Of a DNA stretch of 64,000 nt, positions 50,801-62,800 are shown piece after piece. A model generated the notes under the pieces. The model saw only the letters and a list, made by a program, of their open reading frames with translations, was not told the origin of the DNA and searched no databases. Both the position numbers and the translations under genes were made by a program. How positions within the stretch are numbered: position 1 is the stretch's first letter; each line of letters opens with the position of its first letter. Source of the DNA: Candidatus Omnitrophota bacterium (lineage in GTDB: Bacteria > Omnitrophota > Gorgyraeia > 2-01-FULL-45-10); NCBI GenBank assembly GCA_041663425.1, contig JBAYMS010000003.1, positions 1,959 to 65,958 on the forward strand, written 5' to 3'.

Positions 50801-53800
50801 CTTCACGCTCTCTTCCGGTCTCAGTCTCTTCAGTCGCCATATCCCAAAGCCCGGATTTTCTGATCTCCTCGCCCAGCCTTACAGCCGCTTCGATCAGTTT
50901 AAATTCAGGTTCATTTTTATCGATGGTTTCGGCCTGGTCGGAAAGTTTATACTGAGTGCGCGCATCCCTTAAAGATGCGTCTATTTCATCCGTAATAACA
51001 AACAGCGCCCTTCTCTTATTTCTGAATAGTTTCGTTGTATCATTGACATCATCTTTAGGATAATCTTCGGCTATAAGGAAGTTCATTGAGGCAGTGTCAA
51101 AAGTAACGATGGCGCATCCGCCTTCTCTGAACAGCTTGTTCAGCTCATTCTGCCGCTCATCACTGGTCAAAGTATTAAGTTTGGCGGGGTCATACACATC
51201 CGATTCTATTCCGATAAAATCGAAGACGCCTTTTCTTGTAAGATGATTAGCGCGCGCTAAGTTTATATTGGAAGTTTCGGCGAAGACTGTAAGCCCGGTG
51301 AGCGACTGTGCCGACAATGCAATTATGGAAAGTTCCGTCTTACCTTCACCTGTGAGCAGATTTACGATGTAGCCCTCCGCGGCCATAAGTCCCGCCATCA
51401 GCTGTTCACCATAAAAACCTTCAGCGTATCCTCCGACGTATTTTATGCTCAGGTCCGCACAAGCCGCCGCACGGAATTTATCATGTGCCGTCACGCACTC
51501 GGTCGAGATTATCCGCATCTCCTCTTCGGTAAAGTTACCCTCTTTATCGGGATTTATACCCTTCTGCTTCATAAGCCCGGCTCTCGAGTCTGTCAGCCTC
51601 TTTCTCTCCTTGAGAACACGCTTCTTCACAAATATAGGCATAAGGCTATCTCCCAGACGCCCCAGGCCATCTTTGTCCAGCTTTCCCAGCTTTCCCTCAT
51701 TTATAAGCCCAATAACTGTGTCGAGAGATTTCACCAGTTTCATCTGCCCGACAATTGCATCCCTAAGCTGGTTCATCGCCTCGCTTATATCTTTTTCCTG
51801 GTCTTTTAACGCGAGGATCTTTTCAGCCTTTGTTATGGGCACACCATCTTCATCCACGCGGCCTTCTATCATCTTTCTCGTCTTATCCAGACGCTTTCTC
51901 ATTGCGTCCAAGGCAGTGTTCATTTTGTCAATATTCTCGCCTGTCAGTTTTTTTATCTCTCCGACATCCGAAATAAGACTGCCCCCTTTATTCTCCAGAT
52001 CGGACAGATAGCCTTCTATATCCTTACGAGCAAGAGCCTCTTCAGCCTTATCCCATGATTTAATAAGCGCATTCACCCATTGGCAGGCGTATGTTATATC
52101 CGTATCTTTCAGGTAACGCATCTGCGGCATAAGGACGTTATAGAAGAAATCGACCATCGTGTTTTCCAGCTCCAGGGCTTTTTCATCATTTCCGGCCAGA
52201 CGCAGGCTTAAAATGATCTCCGGAACTACCATCTCAAGATCGGAGGCAAGATCCAGCTCTTCCTTCCCCGACTTCACACGCTCCTCATTTATAGACGCAA
52301 TGGCATTTTCGACATCACCATCACCTTTAAGTTTGCCGGCTATTTTGTCCCTCGCCTTGCTTACTATCCTGTCGGCACGGCCTCTTCTGCTCTCAATACT
52401 ACCGAAACCAAACAATGCCAGAAGCCTGTCTTTTATCGACCACGGATGGTTGTCGCGCGCCTTATCGGTCAATCTTTTTATAAGCCCGCCTTCCGGATCC
52501 TTCGGAGTAAATTTATCAGTATCCTGACCTACAATATTCACCGTCGCTCCGGAAGCGATCATTCCTCTGAGTGCCGCAATAAGCTTGTCGGCATCTTCTT
52601 TCTTTAAACCTGCTGAAACTAAAGTCTCTTCGATCATGGCAAGATATTGCCCAGCGGCACCGAGATTACCGGCTTCTACCATATCTGTCATATCTTCAAT
52701 ATACCGGTTTATAGTATTTTTATATTTGGATGAAATATTAAGGCCTGATATATTTTCCGTAAAGGAAAGTAAGGCGGATTTGATCATATTTCTGAAACCA
52801 GTGAACGAAGGGTTGGAAGAGCGCCCTAATAGTTCCTCAAGCCTGTCAAGACGGACAGATATCCTTCGCTGATAACGATTATTGATATTTGCGCCAAGCC
52901 CTGACACTTCAGCCCTTACCTTAGCCAGTATCTCTTTCGCTATGTTAAAGTCTCTGTTCTGAAATGCCCTGTAAAGCTCCAGCAGCATCCGGGAAATGGC
53001 CATCATGTTCTGGGCATAGGCTCTTCCGACACCGGATCCGGAAACGGCCGTTTCAAGCTCTGTCAATACTTTTGCCGCCTCATCCTTTATCTTTACCGTC
53101 TCCTCACACACCAGAGCCATTATCTCTACGGCATCACATCTCGATCCCATAGCCGGCGCAGCTTTCTTTAATTGCTGAGCAGCGCTCCTTATCCTATCAA
53201 GCCGCCTGCTCCCCACAGCATCGCGCATAGCCTGAATAGCAGAGACGGCATCTTTTGCTATAACGCCTCCGGGACTGGCAGCTTTAAGCTCCGCCTCAAG
53301 AACATCGATAGTATCTGTTATTGTCTGCCATACAGCCAAGGGCATACCCTTGGTCAATTCCAGGTATTCATTAGCCTTGTTCCTGTAATCAATGATTTTG
53401 TTATTTGCAGTTAAGACCGCGTCTTTTACGCTCGACTCCAACGCAACAAGCTTTGCGCGCAGCTCTGTTATCGCTGACGGCACAACAGACGGATCGCCGA
53501 AGGAGCTTATCAGATCGTCTATATCTTTAATAAGGCCTTTGATATCTTTTACAAGCCTATCTTCATGCACCTTATCTGTGGCGATGCCAAGCTCTCCTGC
53601 GAGCTTAAGCAATTTCATGTAATCATCATCTGTTTTTTGTTTTTTGGCAAACAGGGCGTCAGCTTCATTTGTTAACAAAACAATACCTTTATGACGGCCG
53701 GAAACATCACTATTGCCCTCTTCAACCTCGATCATCTTTTTAATAGTCGCAGCCAACCAGGTAAGCTTTTGTCCCACTTCTATATCCACGCCCGGATCAT

Positions 53801-56800
53801 TTTCAAGAGAGCGGGTAAGAGCATTTATGATACGAAGCTTTTCAAGGTCTTTATTTTTTTCAGCCGCGATATACAGCTCTGCCGCCTTACCTTTAAATGC
53901 GGAGTCTATCGCACCTTCCATATCGCTTGTAGTAAAACCTGCAAGCATAGCAAGAACGGTCCTGGCTTTTTGACGAACGATAGAGGAGGCTTCTTTGTCT
54001 GTGGCTATAAATATTAAGGCGGTTACGCGGTCGGAACTTTCCTGGGAACCTTTATTAGCATCAATATATTCGATAATAGGCTTGGCTTGGGCTGCAACAT
54101 CTGCGGCTGGCTGATCGGATTCGGTTAAGAGGGATTCAATGACACTTCTTTCTCTGCGCGTTGAGGGAGTTTCCGCTAACACTGCAGCGGGCGGAGCAAG
54201 GCCATGAGTAGCAACACCGGGATGTGTAGTCAGCGCGGCTGCTTTAGCAGCCTCCAACCTGCCTATTATCCCATCAATATCTACTATGTCTGCATCGGCT
54301 ACGGGCGTTACATCCCCTAATGGTATCCATCCCAAACCGCCTTCGGTCTGATGCCATACAGCAACACCCTGCATCCCTGCTTCAAATGCCGACGCACCGG
54401 CCATTGTGCCTCCTTCGGCGGCAAGCACAAAATCCGGCTCTGCGGAAGTGGCATGTATAAGTTCGTGACCTATTAAAAACAGATCTTTCTTAGCTACTAA
54501 GATAATTATGCGTCCATCCTCCAGCCTGATCGTAATACCATTCTTCGCATCACCTTTATATCCCATGAGCGCGGCTATTTTATCGATCTTTTCCTGTTCT
54601 GTAAAATACACAGGATGGCCGTATCCGGCAAGCATCACCGGAGAACCCTCCCATATTTTTTCCAGTATATCCACAGCCCTCGGGGCTATTTCTTCGGGAG
54701 AATTTGTATTATTAAGCACTATCTTAAATAATTGTTCCCACTTTTTAACATCAAATTCCACTCCCGCTTCAGCAAAAGCTTCTTCGAGGGCCAGATACGC
54801 TTTATCCCTTTTTTCACTCGACCACTTCCGGAGCGCAGCTCTCATGTGCTCAATTTTCACAGTCTCTGATTTTCTCGACTTTGCGACATCCTGCGCCATA
54901 TTAAATATCTGCGCCAGTTCCGCGCCGGTCAATTTTCTTTCAAGGAAACCCTTCAAATAAGCATTTGCCCTGTAGCTAAAAGCCATCCAGTATTTAAGCG
55001 CCTGTTTAAAATCATCCTGCGCTAATACCCTGACTTTGTCTTCCTTTTTCGCTTCTTCGTAAATTGAATAAGCAATTTCATACATACGCACCATTTCGGC
55101 ACCTGCGAGAGAGCGGCCGATAGCAGCTTTCCATTGCTGCGCATTCGCAACCCAATCGGCAATTACAGAGTCAACATCCGTTCCTGCTCTTTGGGCAAGG
55201 CCATAAATATACAATGCTTCTTCAGCGGTCGGCTCTCTTTTAAGCGATTCAAACCCTTCTTTAATGCGCTTAACGGTTTTTGCCCAATCTTCTGCCGCGG
55301 CCTTAATATGAGCCAGAGCAACAGGATTGTCTTTACCGGCAAGCTGTGCGGCAATACCTTCTATCTGAACCGATTCTTCTTTATCAGCTTCTCTTCCCAA
55401 CGCCTGCTCCGCTAATATTTTCTTTGCCGCCTTTAAAATATTTTCTTTTGTTAAATTTTCGCCCCGCACAGTCGCCATCTTTATTATCTTCTGCAGCAGC
55501 CCGGAATCTTCTAATAATTTTATAGCCCCTGCGTCAAGGCCGTTTTCAGCTAAGATATTTTTTGCAGCTTCTGACATCTTAGCTTTTTTGCCGCTTATCA
55601 TCCTTATGGCAGCTGCCCTGACAGCATCATCATAATCTTCGTCTTCTTTATAATCTTCTCTTCTGACTTCTTCTTTTATGATGTCAGCCAGGGCTTTCTC
55701 TTCACCTGGAGTAACTTTAAATCCTTCTTTCTCAAAAACCTCACCAACAAGAATAAGTATAAGATAGTCGCCTAAATGCGCCTTAACCATTTCGTCCGCT
55801 GCGGCTTCTATGTCTTTTTTAGTCAGCTGTGCTGTTTTTGCTTTTTCGGCCAAACTGGTTTTTATAGCATTAAGGATATCAGACCTCCTGGCCGCGGATG
55901 CTTTAAGCCCGTTATTCCAGAAAATACCGGCAATTATGCTGAGTATTTTCATGTCCGCCTGTTCCTGCGCAGCGCGGTCTAAGTCCGCCAGGGTCGGCTT
56001 GCCTTTGCCTGCCTCTTTAGCCGCACGGGCTCTTATCTCGGTTATATCACGTCCTGTAACATCCACCATAGTTCCGCCCGCAGCATCTACAGAAGCAAGG
56101 CCGTAGGAAGCAAATACTCCCGAAGCCCTCTGCCGCACCATATCATTAACAACTTCTTCTATAGCTTTACGCGCCGACATCGCTGCATTGGCTTGTCTTT
56201 TTTGGCTGGCTGCTTCCATAACCTGAATAAACAGACCGTAATCATGCCCTCGGATACCGCCAGCATCTTCTAGCACATATTTCATTACCAACTCAATAAT
56301 ATTTAAAGCGGTTATATCTTTACCAAAAAATCCTGAGCGCATCATTTCGCCAACTATATCATTTATGAAGCTGTCGGATAGGGCAAGCGTCCCGCCAAGA
56401 GCCGCTGCCGACATTTGCCCTTTAAGTTCGCTCACAATCAGTGATCGGATACTCGCTTCGGCCGCTGCCCGGATAGTATCTATTGTAGGTTTTTCCGCTA
56501 ACTTTTTTGCATCTGCTTTTATAGCATCTATCTCGCTCCGGGTAGCAGCTCTGTTAAACATCTTCATAAATATAGCATCTATATGCGCATCGACAGTCCG
56601 TTCCGCCGCTGCCCTGGCAAAAGCCTTTATTTGTTCAAAATCATACGTCCTGCCGTCCTTTAGATTTTTACGGACGGTATTCATATCTCCAGTCGATGGC
56701 GAAATACCGGCCTCTGCCATGCCTTCAGTTATAGCGTCCCGGATCAAACCGTTAACCAGATTTTCAGCCGCCATCTCTATCTCATGCGCCCTCTCGTCAG

Positions 56801-59800
56801 ATAACGCAGGAGCCATGGTTAAATAATCTGCTACCATTTTGCCGAATATCGCATCTCTCTCGACCTTGGCAAGCACTACTCCGCACACACGCAACACACC
56901 TTTAAGTATCCTGTCTATTTCGGCTTTCCTGGCATTTATAATTTCTCTGGCGGCTTCCCTGGCAATATCCTCAAGCTTGCTGCCTGCCTTGGCAGACGCC
57001 ATCCTCTCTTCTACCACACTCATCAAGTAATCTACTTCTGCTTCAGTTGCCGTCCTTTCAGCAGAACTTAATATTTCATTCAGAACCCGCCTGGCCGTAT
57101 TTCGCTCAATAATTTTCATTGCGGATTTTTCCGCGCTTTTCGCGGAAAGCGTCCCATCTGTTATTTGTTCAATATCCTTATCATTTATAAGTCCTTCTGA
57201 TATCTCCCTGGCAAATTTTCCTTTTAGCTCTCCCTGCATATTGGCTTTAATGCGATCCCTGTCCCAATCGGCTTTATTCCTTGCGGCATTTCTTATATCT
57301 TCAAGTGTAGGTTTTTTATTCTCGCCTGCGGCTAATTGCGCATCACCCATCATCGATTTAATAAAATCAGGATTTGCGGCCGCGTCGGCACTGAAGCCTT
57401 TTTCTCCAAGAACTTCCTCTATGACTTTTCGCATCTCTCTCTCAGCTTGCGCCTGAGCCTTGTGCCACAATGCTTCGGCAGGCTTTGTCTCCCTGGAAGC
57501 TGAATAGTCAAATAATAGCTCATCTTTAAACTCAGACAGCATGCCTTCCATTTCCTCTGGCGAAACAGACATTCCCGCCTTGGCAAATCCTTCTGTAAGA
57601 GCACTACGCAATAAATTCTCCACCGCCTGGCTTGCCGCACGCCTCGCAGCCGAGTTGCTAAGCTTAAGGTCTTTTGTAGCAACTCCTTTAACGCCGTCGG
57701 CCTGCTCCATAGCAGTAAACAATTCAGACCACATCTCTGTCGTTACGCTATCCGGGTATATTCCAAGTTCTGCCAACTCACCATATATAAAATCTTTAAG
57801 CGTATCTTCCCTTATTTTCGCCGCATCCAATCTGGCGGCAAGCAGTTTTGGACCTCTCTCAAGAACGGCAGCTTTAACATCCTCCGCCGTTACCGTCTTT
57901 GCTTTGCCTTTTACCGCACCTGCCGCTCTCCTCATATAATCAAGCACCTGCACCACTTCTGCCTCAGTAGCTTTCTGGCTATGAAAAAAGTCTTTAAGAA
58001 CATCTGCTATTTCATTTTTAAGCCGTTTTTCAGCCGCATCCCTTTGCGCCTTCAGCGCAGCGAGCCTCTCCTCCTCCTTGCGGCTTCGTTCAATATCTCT
58101 CAGCTTCGATGCAAGTTTTTCGCTTATCCTCTCCAGCGAGAGCCTTTCTCCGGCCTTGGCGCTGACAGATGTACCCGCCATTACCTCTCTGAGACCTTCA
58201 CCCTTTACGAGATTATCGATAAAAATTTCCTTACCATATTCAGTAACACCTATACCATTTGCCAAGGCAACTGCGTCTATTGCTTTACTTATCGCATCTC
58301 GTATAAGCTCATCACAAAATTCAGGCGTTATAGTCTGGGCTGTAATACCGGATTTTTTCGCTGCGGCTAAAAGTTCTTTTTCTTCGTTTTCGCTCAAATT
58401 AATACCATGCATGCCTGCCGACTCAGTAATAGTACCCAGCATTTCGGCTGTTTTCTGTTTGGCAAATTCACTGGCGGCCTCTTCCATCACCGCTTCGTTG
58501 CACCTACCCACACCTGTTGTTTTAGTAAGTTCGCCTTCATCTTTAGGGGCGAGGGCGGCCTTTTCTGTGGCCATTTTAATTATTTCTTTTTTTATGGCTT
58601 CCATTTCCGCGGGCGAGAAACTACTCATATCGATCCCGCTGCTTTTAAGCCCTTTATCGATAGCTTCGGTTAAAATAGCATTAAGGCGGGTCCTGATTTC
58701 CTTTTTCATCTGAGATGTCGAGACTCCGTCTTTCTGAATACCATCCCGCACCGCCCTCACTATGGATTCACTTGGCAGCCATCCAAACCCCATAGCTTTA
58801 AATTCATCATCAATAGCCTTCTCCATTGTTTTTTCAGCTCTTGCGGTCAGTTCTTTTTTAAATTTATCCGCAGTCTGGGCTTCGCCAAATGCCGCTTCAT
58901 TCTCTATGCCTGCTCCAACCTTTCTGGCAAAAGCTTTGTCATTCCATTCTGCCATTATCGAATCTACGACTTCCTCAGAAGGAGTAAGGCCTACAGACGC
59001 AAAAGCCTCAGTTACCATAGAAGTTATAAGAATTTTTAATAACGCTTTCGCTACTTTCAATATATCTGCATCCGCAAGGCCTTGGCCATCCAATAAACTC
59101 TTAAGGTCCTTAGGGCTTATCTTTACGTCTTTTCCATCAAGGGATATGTCGTATAAAGCAAGCGCCATCTCCTGCATATTTTCCGCCAATGCCCGCAGCC
59201 TCTGAGAAACTACTTTCTTAGCTTCCTTAACCGCAGCATCAGCTGGTGCTGTCCGTTCGGCTATTTCCATTAATTCAGCCTTGGACAAAACCTCACTGCC
59301 CGTCACCCCACCTCTCACAGCCTGCTCCCTCACAAGAGCAGCTCTGAGTTTCGCACTTTTATACTCAGCGACTCTTTCTTCGGCCGCTTTTTTAAGTCTC
59401 TCTGCCTCAGCTTCCTGCGCAGCCCTCTTCTCGGCAGCGGCTTCAGCAGCAGTTTTCTCGGCGGCGGATTTCTCGGAAACGGCTTTATAAGCAGCGGCTC
59501 TATCGGCGGCGGCTTTCTGAGCGTCAGCACGCGCAGCAGTAATTTTCTCAGCAGCAGTTTTTGCGGCGGCTTCTTTTTCCGAAACAGCTTTCGCAGCGGA
59601 GGCTTCTTTTTCGGCGGCAATTTTTGCGGCGGCCTCATAGACGGCAACTTTCGCGGCGGCGGCCTGCTCTGCGGCAGCTTTCGCTTTAGTGGCTCTCGCG
59701 GCGGCGGCACGTGCGATGGCAGCTTGCGCAACGGCGGCTTTCTCAGCGGCGGATTTCTCGGAAACGGCTTCCTCTGCGGCAGAAGATTCCTCGGCGGTTA

Positions 59801-62800
59801 TTTTAGCGGCGGCGGCTTTCCGAGCGGCGAGTGCTGCGGCGGCCTCATAGACGGCTTTTGCTTCCTTCGCTGCTTCGGATCCGGCTTTCGCAGCAACGGC
59901 CTCTGCCTCCATCCGCGCTTCAACTTCGGATTTCGCAGAGACTTCCTCGGCAGAAGCTTCCTCGGCGGCTATTTTAGCGGCAGCGGCTTTCCGAGCGGCT
60001 ACATCAGCGGCAACACCTGCCACAGCAGCTTTCACGGAGGCAGCTTCTGCTTTTGCCAATGCTTCGATTTCGGCCTCTTGCCTGGCCCCCTCAGCGGCAA
60101 TCTTCTCAGGAGTAAGAGAAGGTGCTCCAGCGGAAAGTTTTGCATTTATTTCCTGCGCTAATACATCATAAACTGCTTTGGCAAATTCATAATTATCTTT
60201 AGCGAGCTTTTCGCCATAATTCATACGCTCCATTATCCTTTTAATTATATAGTTTTTAATATAATCATCGTGCTCTTTCAGGGATGCGCCCAGATTAATA
60301 GAAGATGCGATCATGCTTTCGGCAATTTGATAAGCCTCATCCTGCACATAGCCTACTGTAGCCCCCTGCTCAACTCGCCTCGCTATGATCATTTCAGCTA
60401 AAAGTTCGGTAAGTAAATTCATATTTTCGTCGAATAGATCCCCCGCCTCTTCACCTTCCATGCTTAATGTCGGCACCAATCTTATTATTTCGGCTATTCT
60501 TGCCACTTTATCAGCATGGCTTTTAAGTGCTGACCGGGCAGCTGTCTTCCTTAGCGCCGCAGCTTCGGTGTTAGCGGCGACTTTCTGGGCGTTTGCCTCT
60601 TCAGCAGCCTTTGCCGCTGCGGCGGATTCCTGGGCGGCTATTTTGGCAGCGGCGGCCTTCTCCGCGGCTTTTGCGGCGGCGGCTTCATAAACAGCTTTCG
60701 CTTTTTTCAGTGCTTCGGATTCTGTTTTCTCTGCAGCAACAACTTCTGTTTTTTTCAATGCTTCAGATTCGGCCTTTTGCCTGGCTTCCTCAGCGGCAGC
60801 GCTCTCCGCGGCAGCTTTATCAGCGGCGGCTCTCGCGGATGCAGCTTTCTCCTTAGCAGCAACGCTCTCAGCCGTAGCTTTCTCAACGGCAGCCTCCGCA
60901 GCAGCTATGTTTTCGTTTGCGGTTTTTTCTTCCGCGGCTTTATCAGCGGCAGTCCTCTCAGCGGCGGCTCTCGCGGATGCAGCTTTTTTGGCGGCAGTTT
61001 TCGCAGCAGCGGCCTCTTTGGCATCGGCTTCCGCAATAACATCTTTCTCAGCAGTAGCCTTCTCTTCAACAGCTTTCACATCGGCGGCTTCTTTATCCGC
61101 AATTCTTTTTTCCTCGGCAGCTTTCTTTGCGGCGGCTTTTTCCTCGGCAATTTTTGCTTCAGCCTTCTGCCGCGCTTCTGCTGCAGCCTTTTCGGCTGCA
61201 AGCTTATCCGCGACGGCTTTTGCTTCAGCGGCCTCTTCAGCAGTTTTCGCAGCAGCGGCCTCACTTTGCGCTTTTGCAGCGACATCTTCTTTTCCAGCGG
61301 CTTCCTTAGCGGCTTCAAGATGCTCCACGAAATTATTTTTTAAGTCTTCTGCCTTGTTTTTAAAGGCTATCCCATGAACATCAGAAAAATCTATAGGCTC
61401 TATCCTTTGGTCACCTTGTTCTAAAACACCTTTGTCGTGAAGAACCATCAAAGAGTTGTTTTCAAAAATTCCTTTGATTTGATCCAATACCTCTGTCTGC
61501 CCAATCCTTCCAAGCCTTGCCTTTATCGCTTCGTGGACAAGTTTCGGATTCTTTGCAAGAGCGCCATTAATGCTTTCAAATTCTGCTTTTGTCATTGTAA
61601 AATAGAAATTTGCATGAAATCGCCTTCTTGTAAATTCTACATAAGGCACCCTAACATATATAAATACCTTCCCCTTTACCATACTGACCAGCATAGTAAT
61701 CGGCTTAGTGTCAAACGAATCCGTAGAGCGTTCATACAGCGCTTTCCTAAGTAATTCGGGAATACTAAAAACAACGTCACCGTATAATCTATCAGCAGCG
61801 TTTTTATCTATCCCTTCCCAATAGTTACCTTCTCCGCCATCAGACCTGAAAGAAGCATTTACCTTAAAACCTACTCCCGGCGTATTATTCCCGAGAACAG
61901 CTATTGTTTCCTCCTCTGTTTTCGCCGGTATAGTAGATGCCTTGCTCTTCTTTCCAGCCACATCACGCGCTGTTTCCAGTCTAGATGCCTCAATGCGTTT
62001 TTCTACGAGCTTCTTCATAACACCTTTAGCTTCTGAGACATCCACGCCTCTTGTTTCGGCTTCCGATATCGCTTTTCTGAGATTTTCTGCTTCTTTGTCA
62101 ATTTCCTCAGATTTAAATACTCTTGTCAAAGGCTGGGATAAAATATTGCTATTTGCTTTGCCCATAGCGGCATCAAGCTCACCTTTGGCTTTGGCCTGGG
62201 CCTGTTTTGCAGCAGCTTCTTCAGCGGCTTTATTTACAATAGCCTTCTTAAGCATACCGGCCATATCGATAGCGTTATCTATTTGCATAGAAAGAAGATC
62301 CGCCATTTCTTTTTCATTCGAAGTCTCACGCGCCTTAAGCATTTCTATCTTCAACGCTTTAAGTCTGTCTACTTTCCTATCAACTTCCTCTTGCGTAGCC
62401 GCATTTTGTATTTCACTATCAACATCTCTGGCTTCTTTTATGATGCCATAGATATCACGTCCAGCCGTCACGGACTTAGCGGCCTTCTTTTGCGCTTCAG
62501 CTTTTTCTGCTGCCCTTAAACTCCTGATCTTATCTGTCATAGCCCTGCGCACCGCGACCTGCTGAGCATCATCCATTCCCGCACCGCTTATTTTTAAGTT
62601 TCGCACTTCTTCTTCAGACTTCGCGTCTCTGATTTGCGTAATAGCCGCTTCTACCCTTGCCTTCACCTCTGCCGCAGCGACTTCCTTGGCTTTGGCTTTG
62701 GCTTTGGCTTTTTCTACAACAGCAACCTTTGCGGCCTCAATACCATTCTCAAGTATAGACCTCAATTCTTCCTTCGCATCATCTATTTCATTGATTTCGT

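Noticed and set aside
59330-59731. Minus-strand K/R/P-rich small ORFs (59330-59731, 61076-61318) and other minus small ORFs nested in the giants (for example 28267-28677, 24635-24865)
   Set aside because: They are alternative reading frames of the same strand inside the giant CDSs. The K/R/P-rich ones are simply the frame-shifted reading of the GCN-rich Ala tract.
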